Source: a virus
Taxonomy: Duplodnaviria; Caudoviricetes
Reading direction: 5' to 3' (one strand)
Virus record (IMG/VR): IMGVR_UViG_3300033412_000020
Span: 1-54,981 of that record
Length of the DNA stretch: 54,981 nucleotides
Every line of letters starts with the position of its first letter. Position 1 is the first letter of the stretch. Shown here in pieces: positions 48,246 to 54,981 of the stretch. The notes under the pieces are model-generated. The model was not told the DNA's origin and did not search any database. It saw only the letters and a program-made list of their open reading frames with translations. The position numbers and the translations under genes are program-made.

Positions 48246-48647
48246 TCAGTCGACGCGCTTGAACTGACGAACCTGGAACTGGTGGTACAGGTCCGCCTGA
48301 CCCATCCGGAACAAGTCCTTGTCGAACTTGGGCACCTCGACCAGGTGCGTGTACGCCTGATAGAGGTTCGGGTTCTTCTTCTTCAGCTCGGTCTCGTTGA
48401 CCCGGTCGATGCGCTTCCAGGTGAACACCACCTTGCCGGCCAAGGTGGCTTCCTCGCGGTCGCCGATGGCTTCCTTGAGCTTGGCCTGACAGGCTTCCAG
48501 CTTCTCCGTCCAGTCCGTGACGTACTCGCGGAGCATCTTCTCCATGAAGACGAGATCGGCGACCTCGTCCAGGATCGCTGGCTCGGCAACCTCGGTACTG
48601 GCGACGTCAGTCACCGTGGGTACGGCCAGGCGGTCGGTCTCACTCAT
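48246..48647 (-). CDS. hypothetical protein
   Basis: AGGAG RBS, coiled coil followed by LKE.IGD...TWK...L....P.LY motif. Confidence 0.65.
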   Translation of the reverse strand: MSETDRLAVPTVTDVASTEVAEPAILDEVADLVFMEKMLREYVTDWTEKLEACQAKLKEAIGDREEATLAGKVVFTWKRIDRVNETELKKKNPNLYQAYTHLVEVPKFDKDLFRMGQADLYHQFQVRQFKRVD

Positions 48648-48656
48648 TGCGGTCTC

Positions 48657-48731
48657 CTAGGTGAGCTTGCCCGGTCGCGGGTGCGGACGCGGGCTCCGTG
48701 GATCTACGGGGTGCGGGTCGGGGCGGGGCAC
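48657..48731 (-). CDS. 24-aa Pro/Arg-rich peptide (putative)
   Basis: GGAGG plus GTG, giving MPRPDPHPVDPRSPRPHPRPGKLT. Confidence 0.35.
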   Translation of the reverse strand: MPRPDPHPVDPRSPRPHPRPGKLT

Positions 48732-48787
48732 ACTACCTCCGAGGGTGTGTCGGTCTGGGCGGTGCGGGCGGCGGCTTCGGCGGTGTA

Positions 48788-49003
48788 CTAGGACCCGGCA
48801 TGAGCCACCACCTTCGTCGGCCGCGTCGGCCGTGGCTTCGGGTCCGGCCGTGGCTCGGTCGGGGGCCGGAAGCCGGCGCTAATGAACTTCTTCGGCGGCT
48901 TCGGTGGCTTCGGCTTCTTCGGTTCCGGCTCGATCGGGTAGTACAACGCGATCTTCGGCGGGGTGGTTGGCGGGTCGCCTGGGGGCTTCTGAGGGTCGCC
49001 CAT
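48788..49003 (-). CDS. 71-aa Pro/Lys-rich protein
   Basis: AGGAGG RBS before the ATG at 49003. Confidence 0.55.
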   Translation of the reverse strand: MGDPQKPPGDPPTTPPKIALYYPIEPEPKKPKPPKPPKKFISAGFRPPTEPRPDPKPRPTRPTKVVAHAGS

Positions 49004-49011
49004 GCTTCCTC

Positions 49012-49257
49012 CTAGAAGAGGGTTTGATCTTCTTCCAGCCTGGGTGGGGCTGGCGGTAGCTTCGATCGGTTGGTGCCGATGCACGCGGGACACAGGTGGG
49101 ATTCGAGCGGGTTCCCGCCGAAGGTCATGCCCTCGAACAAGTGCCAGCCTTTCGCGCTGGCCTTGGCGGCGAGCTTGCCCTTGTCCAGGCCGTGCGCGAG
49201 AAGCAGGCTCGTGCACGACCTGGTACTGCAGGACAGATCTCCGGCGGGAGTCCACAC
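49012..49257 (-). CDS. small Cys-containing protein
   Basis: CxxxxC...GW...CPAC pattern. Confidence 0.55.
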   Translation of the reverse strand: MWTPAGDLSCSTRSCTSLLLAHGLDKGKLAAKASAKGWHLFEGMTFGGNPLESHLCPACIGTNRSKLPPAPPRLEEDQTLF

Positions 49258-49258
49258 G

Positions 49259-49636
49259 TCAGATCTCCTGCATCGAGGTGGTGATGGCGCCGATCGTCAC
49301 AATCCGTCGACGGTACTTGCGGACGTACGCAGCCTGCAAGGCAGCTGTTGGTGCTTCGTTGTCAAGGCGCGCATGCCGTGGCCGGTACTCGGAATTGCTA
49401 CCGAGCACTCGCTCCACGCTGGCGCGCCAACGCTTCCAGGCCATCTCCCACCCAACGAGGTGGCCCCACATGGGCATGGCGTTCTCCTTCCGAAGCGCGC
49501 GGGCTTCCCGGCGCTCCTGCCTATCGGTTACGCGGTCAGGATTACGGAGGTTCCCGAGGTGCATCACCCCCAACGCTACGAGCGCCGAGGAGCCGACGAC
49601 GATCAGAACGATTCCGAACATCTCTGTGAAAGACAT
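49259..49636 (-). CDS. membrane-anchored hypothetical protein
   Basis: GGAGG RBS before the ATG at 49636, N-terminal TM. The longer ORF call runs through array B and is probably over-extended. Confidence 0.65.
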   Translation of the reverse strand: MSFTEMFGIVLIVVGSSALVALGVMHLGNLRNPDRVTDRQERREARALRKENAMPMWGHLVGWEMAWKRWRASVERVLGSNSEYRPRHARLDNEAPTAALQAAYVRKYRRRIVTIGAITTSMQEI

Positions 49637-49649
49637 CTCGGGAACCTCC

Positions 49650-50090
49650 AGGAGTATCGGGGAGAACTTCAGATGTGGCCCGTATCGTCGGGTCTGTAGT
49701 TGGTTGGCTCGCCTGGTCGGGGCTAACTCGGCTTGTCGGACGAGATATGTCAACGGCCTGAAGTGTCGGACGAAGACTGGGTCGAGCACGGCCTGTCGGT
49801 AGGCGGATGGAATAGTGCGGTGCGGTGAGTGAATGGGGCGGTGCGGTCGAACGCTGTTGAGATGAGCAGGCAAGTCGACCGTGAGGGCCAGCGCAGAATA
49901 GTCGGTAAGGATGGCAAATCTGGTGAGGATAGTCGAGCTGGATTGGTGTGTAAGCGGATCTGACAAGTTTGGTCGGAATGGGTCAGGCTAGAGCCGAAGC
50001 CGATCCGAAATGTCGATGGGGAGTGAAGTGAGAGGACGAGTATCGATTAGTCGCTAGAGTTGGAGTGAAGCGACTGAGGTTGATCGGTCG
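49650..50090 (-). repeat. pentamer-periodic non-coding array B, downstream of the Cas7-like gene
   Basis: Minus strand begins right after the TAG: CGAC cgatc aacct cagtc gcttc actcc aactc tagc GAC taatc gatac tcgtc ctctc acttc actcc ccatc GAC... Confidence 0.85.
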
Positions 50091-51023
50091 CTAGGATGTG
50101 GCCTTACGCGCCGCGAGCTTGCGAGGAGTCGGCTTCGCTGCCGCTTCGTCCGCCTCTTCCTTCAGCTTCTTGGCCTTGGCCATCATCTTCTCTTTCGCCT
50201 TGGCGTTGACGGCCGGGTCTGTGGTGTCCTTCCACTGGATGACCTTGTGTCGGCCGTAGCCCTGCGAGCGGGAGGCGCCGAGCCCGTTGAACTCCTGGGT
50301 GGTCCAGATCATGCCCCACTCCTCGGGGGAGAGGTAGTAGTCGGCCATCACGGTGAACTTGAGACGGGCGTTGTTGACGTACTCCTGGTACTGCAGGGCC
50401 GAGCCGAACCGGGTGTGCACGAAGTGCTGGATGACGCCCGTCGGCTCCCACACTGGAACCTCGTTACGGTCGGTCAGCAGCAGTTCGTCCTCGACGACGA
50501 AGAAGTGCTCAGCGAAGAAGCTGAGCAGTCCCTTGTTGGTGGTACCCCAGCCACGCCCGGGCAGCTTGCCGGAGGCGACCGCGATGTTTGCGGCCTCCTT
50601 CAGGCCAGCCTTGAGCTGCCGGCCGGACACGTACAGCTGGTGCTCGGTGATCGGGCACAGCGGGCCGGTCTCCTCGCAGTCGCGGCAGCGCGCCCGGAGG
50701 AAGCCGTTCAGGCTTCGGTTCTTCGCCACCTCGGCGGTAGCGTCCTCCTGACTGATGCCGCGCTCCTCAACGATCTTCATGACCTGGTTGCGGATCTCGA
50801 CCTCCTTGTCCAGGCCGAGCTTGGTACGCAGCCAGCCTTCGATCACGTTCGGATCGCTGGGCACGCCGCCAAGGATGTTGCGTAGCAGCAGTTCGCCCTC
50901 GTACCGGAACGGGTACGAGGAGGCGAGCATGCCCTCGAAGACGGACCGGAACTGAGGGATGTCGTCGTCTGGGACAACGAGGTCTTCCAGGTTGTCTACG
51001 GGGTCAACCAATTCGATAGGCAT
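50091..51023 (-). CDS. stand-alone Cas7/RAMP-superfamily protein
   Basis: LYVSGRQLKAGLKEAA matches the RAMP xIPGSSxKGxxR helix motif. GLGASRSQGYGR is the C-terminal Gly-rich loop. CxxC...C...H insertion, AGGAG RBS. Confidence 0.8.
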   Translation of the reverse strand: MPIELVDPVDNLEDLVVPDDDIPQFRSVFEGMLASSYPFRYEGELLLRNILGGVPSDPNVIEGWLRTKLGLDKEVEIRNQVMKIVEERGISQEDATAEVAKNRSLNGFLRARCRDCEETGPLCPITEHQLYVSGRQLKAGLKEAANIAVASGKLPGRGWGTTNKGLLSFFAEHFFVVEDELLLTDRNEVPVWEPTGVIQHFVHTRFGSALQYQEYVNNARLKFTVMADYYLSPEEWGMIWTTQEFNGLGASRSQGYGRHKVIQWKDTTDPAVNAKAKEKMMAKAKKLKEEADEAAAKPTPRKLAARKATS

Positions 51024-51035
51024 GAAGGTCTCCTA

Positions 51036-51368
51036 GGTGTGTCGGATCTGGGCTGAAGCGAATGGTTGGGTACGGGATAGGTCCGTCGGGTTGTGGAAGG
51101 ACTAGTCGGGAGTGAATGGGCTCGTCGGGAACAGGTTCGTCAGAGGAATGTGGCGAAGTGCCTGTATCGAACTGTCAAGTAGTGGGGTTCCGAGCCGAAT
51201 AGTCGAGATGGATTGGGGGAAAGAGGGAACGGGATGAAGAGTCGATGCGAAAGGATTGGGTTAGGTTTGTCGCATGATCCGAAGAGTCCCGTGTCGTGTC
51301 GTCGATGTGTTGGAGAGAACAGGTCCGTCGAGGCGACGGGAGATGAACTGCGATGAAACGGCGAGTCA
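51036..51368 (-). repeat. pentamer-periodic non-coding array C, upstream of the Cas7-like gene
   Basis: Minus strand: TGAC tcgcc gtttc atcgc agttc atctc ccgtc gcctc GAC ggacc tgttc tctcc aacac atc GAC ... GAC ggacc tatcc cgtac ccaac cattc gcttc agccc agatc CGAC acacc, then the RBS. Confidence 0.88.
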
Positions 51369-52265
51369 GAACGTGACGTTGAACTGCGCGGTCAGCTTTC
51401 TCTTCAATTCCTCCACTGTGCTGGCGTAATCGGCAGCGAAGATCTCGCTCACGTTTGTGCCGAGCGCTTCGCTGGCCAGGCGTTCCCAGAGCCCATCGTT
51501 CATTTGATTGGCTTCGATGGACCGCTCCAGGTAGTTAATCTGGTAGACGTCGCTGGGTTTGCCCTCCTTCTTCAGACGGTCCAGCCTCAGCTGTAGTAGC
51601 GCCTTGCCGGACTTGCCGAGCTTGCCGTTGTACCGGTTGTATCCGACCAGCGTGGTGGTCCAGCCAGCGAGGCAGAACTGGGTGCCGCACAACGTCTTCG
51701 GCGGGTTGTCCTGGTCCTCCTGGGAACGACTCCAGGCCCCCTGGTTCCAGTTCTCGGGGTATGCCTCGATCATGGCCACAACCGCTCGCAGTAGCGGGAC
51801 GTTGAGTCCCTGCGGCACGGGGCCGGCCAGTGCGGGCGCGACGACGACGCCGGTCTTCTCTTCGATGACCCGCATCATCTCCGCAGCGTTGAAGCCCGGT
51901 TCCCGTGTGCCGGCCAGGAAGAGGGGGTGCGTCTCTTCGTAGTAGGAGCCCTCCTTGTACAGGCCAAAGATCTCCTCGCCGAGCTTGGTCCAGTCCCGGT
52001 TCTCCAGTCCTACCGGCGTGTAGCCGTCGTAGCGCTCCTGAGCCCAGGTGCGCCCCTGTTTGGTGAGCTTGCCGTCCGTACGCACGTAGCCGGCGAGGTA
52101 GGCACCCCAGCCGGCGAGACAGAAGCTGGTTCCGCAGAAGTTCTTCTGCAGTTCCGGCTCGTGGTTTTCCTCAGTCGCCGAGCACCACTTGGCCTGGTCC
52201 CAGTTTTCCGGGAAGGCCAGGATCATGTTGCCTGCGGCGCGGATGAGGGCTTCGTTCACGGTCAT
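51366..52265 (-). CDS. hypothetical protein with an internally duplicated domain
   Basis: Two copies of N..L.RA...MI.A.PENW.Q..W...CGT.FCLAGW, GAGGAG RBS. Confidence 0.75.
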   Translation of the reverse strand: MTVNEALIRAAGNMILAFPENWDQAKWCSATEENHEPELQKNFCGTSFCLAGWGAYLAGYVRTDGKLTKQGRTWAQERYDGYTPVGLENRDWTKLGEEIFGLYKEGSYYEETHPLFLAGTREPGFNAAEMMRVIEEKTGVVVAPALAGPVPQGLNVPLLRAVVAMIEAYPENWNQGAWSRSQEDQDNPPKTLCGTQFCLAGWTTTLVGYNRYNGKLGKSGKALLQLRLDRLKKEGKPSDVYQINYLERSIEANQMNDGLWERLASEALGTNVSEIFAADYASTVEELKRKLTAQFNVTF

Positions 52266-52335
52266 GTTGGTCTCCTCAGTAGAACGAGAAGGGCCCGAGC
52301 GTACGTGAGCGTCGGGCCCCCCTGTTATTTCAGCA

Positions 52336-52365
52336 AGTCTAGTGGGGATATGGAGGTGTAGTCAA
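52336..52365 (-). promoter_or_regulatory. SigA-like promoter upstream of the array / Cas7-like unit
   Basis: TTGACT-N18-TAGACT on the minus strand. Confidence 0.5.
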
Positions 52366-52368
52366 CCC

Positions 52369-52701
52369 TTAGGCTGGGACGTCCTCCTCGACTTCCGCTC
52401 GTACCCGGTGTCTAGTGAGCAACCGGCTCACCGTGGGCCCCGACAGGCCCGACTCGCTGACGATCTCGGCCGGCGACATGCCCAGCTCGTCTTTCGCGCA
52501 CTGAGCGGCGGCCTTGCGCATCTCGCTGGTCAGTCGCATGAGTTGATCTCGCATGAGATCGATGAGGTCCCGGCCAATGACAATCTGGTCGATGGGATTG
52601 CGCCCGTCCAGGATGTCCACCAGGGCTTTACGGAGCACGGCCTGCTCCTCTGTGTCAATCCAACCCTCCTTGGGGCTACAGATTGCTTCTACGTTGATCA
52701 T
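52369..52701 (-). CDS. helix-turn-helix DNA-binding protein
   Basis: GMSPAEIVSESGLSGPTVSRLL HTH motif. Confidence 0.7.
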   Translation of the reverse strand: MINVEAICSPKEGWIDTEEQAVLRKALVDILDGRNPIDQIVIGRDLIDLMRDQLMRLTSEMRKAAAQCAKDELGMSPAEIVSESGLSGPTVSRLLTRHRVRAEVEEDVPA

Positions 52702-52787
52702 TGTTCTCCCGTTTGGGCTGGTAGGGGGTGGCCTTAGCGTACGACAGGGGTATGTACCCGTAAAGGTCAACTCAGGCCTGGACATGG

Positions 52788-52828
52788 AGCAGCCCCCGAG
52801 CCGGTTGGTAGCTGGCTCGGGGGCTGCT
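52788..52828 (-). terminator. hairpin after the paralog cluster
   Basis: 15-bp stem agcagcccccgagcc / ggctcgggggctgct. Confidence 0.6.
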
Positions 52829-52844
52829 GGTTCATACGCCCCGC

Positions 52845-53324
52845 CTACGGGTGGGTTTCTTCCTGCTCCAGCTCGACGGCTTCCTGTTCCAGCTCGGCCG
52901 CTTTCTGTGCTTCGAGTTCTTCCATCAAGCTGTTCTCGATCAGATCGGCCAGCCGATCGAAGGTGTACACGCCGCCACTGTCGTTCAACTCAGCCAGATT
53001 GGAGTGACGACCGAAGATGTCATCGTCGGCTTCGACGGAGGTACAGACCGTAGGGTCGACCTCGTGCAGTCCCGCCCAGAGCATCACGCTGTACGGCAGG
53101 GCCTTGGTGTCCGTGCCATCGTAGATCCAATGAGGAGGACTGACGACGTCGCGAGGCATAACCGATGTGCGCTTGGCCGGAAGGATGACGCCGTCCTGGA
53201 CGGCCAGCTCGCACAGTACGCCGAGGCAACAGAACCCTTCCTCGGTCCGCAGGTAGCCCTCGGCTTGCCGGTACTCGCCGGAGCGCAGCGCCGCGACCCA
53301 ACGCTCCTTGATGTCCGCTTTCAT
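52845..53324 (-). CDS. CCLGVLC-family hypothetical protein, copy 1
   Basis: W..ALRSG.Y.Q...L...FCCLGVLCE...LND....F..LAD.IE. Confidence 0.8.
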   Translation of the reverse strand: MKADIKERWVAALRSGEYRQAEGYLRTEEGFCCLGVLCELAVQDGVILPAKRTSVMPRDVVSPPHWIYDGTDTKALPYSVMLWAGLHEVDPTVCTSVEADDDIFGRHSNLAELNDSGGVYTFDRLADLIENSLMEELEAQKAAELEQEAVELEQEETHP

Positions 53325-53755
53325 AGCTGCTCCTCGATGACGTCTGCGATCTCGTTGAAGCTCAGGTGTCGTTGATCGTTGAGTTCCGAAAGCGAGACAA
53401 GCTGCCCCTCGTACTCAATGACGGGATCGCCGTAACTAAGAGCGCTTCGGAATTTACCGTTACCCCAGGCCCACGCAGTGACCCGAGGAGGCAGATGGCT
53501 CGTGTCACCGTCGTAGAAGTAGGTGTTCTTCCCTTCTTGTCCGAACATCATTTCTTTTACCCGGCGTATCGGTGACTCTTGGTCGCTCCTGATGGCCACC
53601 TCGCACAGCACACCGAGGCAGCAGAACTTCTCCTGTCCGTCTCTGTCGCGCATACCGAGCCGGCCAATGCCTTGCTCGTACTCGCCACTGCGGAGTGCGG
53701 TGAGCCAGGCTGCCTTGATCTCCGGCCGCATTCGGGGAGTAGTAGTCGTGGTCAT
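53321..53755 (-). CDS. CCLGVLC-family hypothetical protein, copy 2
   Basis: Same motif set, ATGA coupling. Confidence 0.8.
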   Translation of the reverse strand: MTTTTTPRMRPEIKAAWLTALRSGEYEQGIGRLGMRDRDGQEKFCCLGVLCEVAIRSDQESPIRRVKEMMFGQEGKNTYFYDGDTSHLPPRVTAWAWGNGKFRSALSYGDPVIEYEGQLVSLSELNDQRHLSFNEIADVIEEQL

Positions 53756-54201
53756 AGCTGCGCCTCGATGATGTCTGCGATCTGGTGGAAGTTGTATCGA
53801 TGGCAATCGTTGAGCCCGGACAGGCGTGTCGGGGCACCGAATCGCTCGCCATCCCCGTCGCGCTGCAGCATGATCATTGGGTCCCGCAGTTGAGCGATCG
53901 TGCCAGCCTTGCGCCCGAGACCCCCCCAGGCCCACCGAATGACTGCGGTCGGCAGATCGCTGGAATAGCCGCTGTACGTGTATGCCGCCACGTTGGGGTT
54001 ACCACTGGCAAGTTCGTCGCGCTTGATGGCTCCGTCCTGACGTGCCAGCTCGCACAGCACACCGAGGCAGCAGAACTTCTCCTGTCCGTCGGTGCCGCGC
54101 ATACCGAGCCGGCCGGTGCCCTGCTCGTACTGGTCAGACCGGAGTGCCGCGAGCCAGCGCTCCTTGATCTCCGGCCTCATCTTGGCCTCGATGTCGGTCA
54201 T
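53752..54201 (-). CDS. CCLGVLC-family hypothetical protein, copy 3
   Basis: Same motif set, GGAGGT RBS. Confidence 0.8.
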   Translation of the reverse strand: MTDIEAKMRPEIKERWLAALRSDQYEQGTGRLGMRGTDGQEKFCCLGVLCELARQDGAIKRDELASGNPNVAAYTYSGYSSDLPTAVIRWAWGGLGRKAGTIAQLRDPMIMLQRDGDGERFGAPTRLSGLNDCHRYNFHQIADIIEAQL

Positions 54202-54464
54202 ACCTCCCCCTTCCTGGGCATCAGGTAGAAGATGCTGCGGAAGAGCAGGATCACGACGGTCGACGTCCAGAAGCCCCAGTTCGGGACCAGCCAGGTGAGA
54301 TCCGAGTGCAGGATGCCCAGCAGCAGCATGAACATCCAGCCCCGGGTTGCTATCGCCACGCCGGTAACGACGATGGCCTGGACGCAACCCTTCAGCCCGG
54401 TGGGCTTCGGGCGCTTCATCACCCGGTAGATCTCGTCGTAGTTGATGATGGGGGTGCCGGTCAC
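54198..54464 (-). CDS. membrane protein
   Basis: Hydrophobic segments, coupled at both ends. Confidence 0.65.
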   Translation of the reverse strand: MTGTPIINYDEIYRVMKRPKPTGLKGCVQAIVVTGVAIATRGWMFMLLLGILHSDLTWLVPNWGFWTSTVVILLFRSIFYLMPRKGEV

Positions 54465-54967
54465 AGCTGCTCCTCGATGAGTTGGGCGATCTGCTCGAAT
54501 GTGAGACGAGCCCGATCATTGATGATCGGCAGGCCCAACCGCGCCGTACCGTCGGCCTCCACCTCATTTCTGAGATGTTCGTGATCATCTTCCTTGAGAG
54601 GCAGCCACGCCTCGGGCACCTTTACCTTGGGACTGTGTGCTAGCCCCTCGAAGTCCGCACGGCGCGGAAAGCCAGCCCAGCGACGGACGCTGGCTGGTGG
54701 GTAGCCGGCAAAGAAGCCTTCCTCGAATCCGAGGGCGTCGGTCATGCCACCGTACTGCCACGCTCCGAACTTCCGTCGCCTCGTGACACCTGCGTCCACG
54801 GCCAGCTCGCACAGCACGCCGAGGCAGCAGAAGGTGTCGTCGGAGCTGCGCAGGTACTCGCGGCCTTGTGTGTAGTCGCCGGACCGGAGCGCCGCGACCC
54901 ATGCCGCTTTGACCTCCGGATCGAGCTTCCCAGAATGTGGAACGGTTTGATCTTGTCCCAAATTCAC
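54461..54967 (-). CDS. CCLGVLC-family hypothetical protein, copy 4
   Basis: Same motif set. Start uncertain. Confidence 0.78.
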   Translation of the reverse strand: MNLGQDQTVPHSGKLDPEVKAAWVAALRSGDYTQGREYLRSSDDTFCCLGVLCELAVDAGVTRRRKFGAWQYGGMTDALGFEEGFFAGYPPASVRRWAGFPRRADFEGLAHSPKVKVPEAWLPLKEDDHEHLRNEVEADGTARLGLPIINDRARLTFEQIAQLIEEQL

Positions 54968-54981
54968 TGAATCAGTGTTTG

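Noticed and set aside
49650-51368. Canonical CRISPR array beside the Cas7-like gene
   Set aside because: There are no identical 23-47 nt repeats. The only constant elements are a 3-4 nt (C/T)GAC and a periodic C.
1-54981. Integrase, attachment site, DNA polymerase or small terminase
   Set aside because: None recognisable in this window. Lifestyle and genome ends cannot be determined from it.

Overview
The window is a large part of a high-GC tailed actinobacteriophage genome. It has a leftward replication module (primase-polymerase/SF3 helicase, SSB-like, Cas4-like exonuclease, two ParB-like genes, tRNA-Lys and initiator tRNA-Met) and a terminase. A leftward Ro60/TROVE gene has three tandem Y-RNA-like genes upstream. 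The rightward structural operon runs from portal to tail proteins and includes a 1583-aa ART-like/histone-like protein. It is followed by a glycosyltransferase cluster, a lysis cassette and leftward accessory genes. The most striking signal is a stand-alone Cas7/RAMP-like gene (50091-51023, minus) flanked on both sides by non-coding arrays with no exact repeat. The arrays follow a 5-nt register: runs of NNNNC pentamers punctuated by GAC. A third array with the same grammar lies at 222-856. No cas1, cas2 or canonical CRISPR array is visible. This looks like a phage-encoded RNA-guided system built on a pentamer code. All product calls come from motif recognition by eye; no database searches were run.
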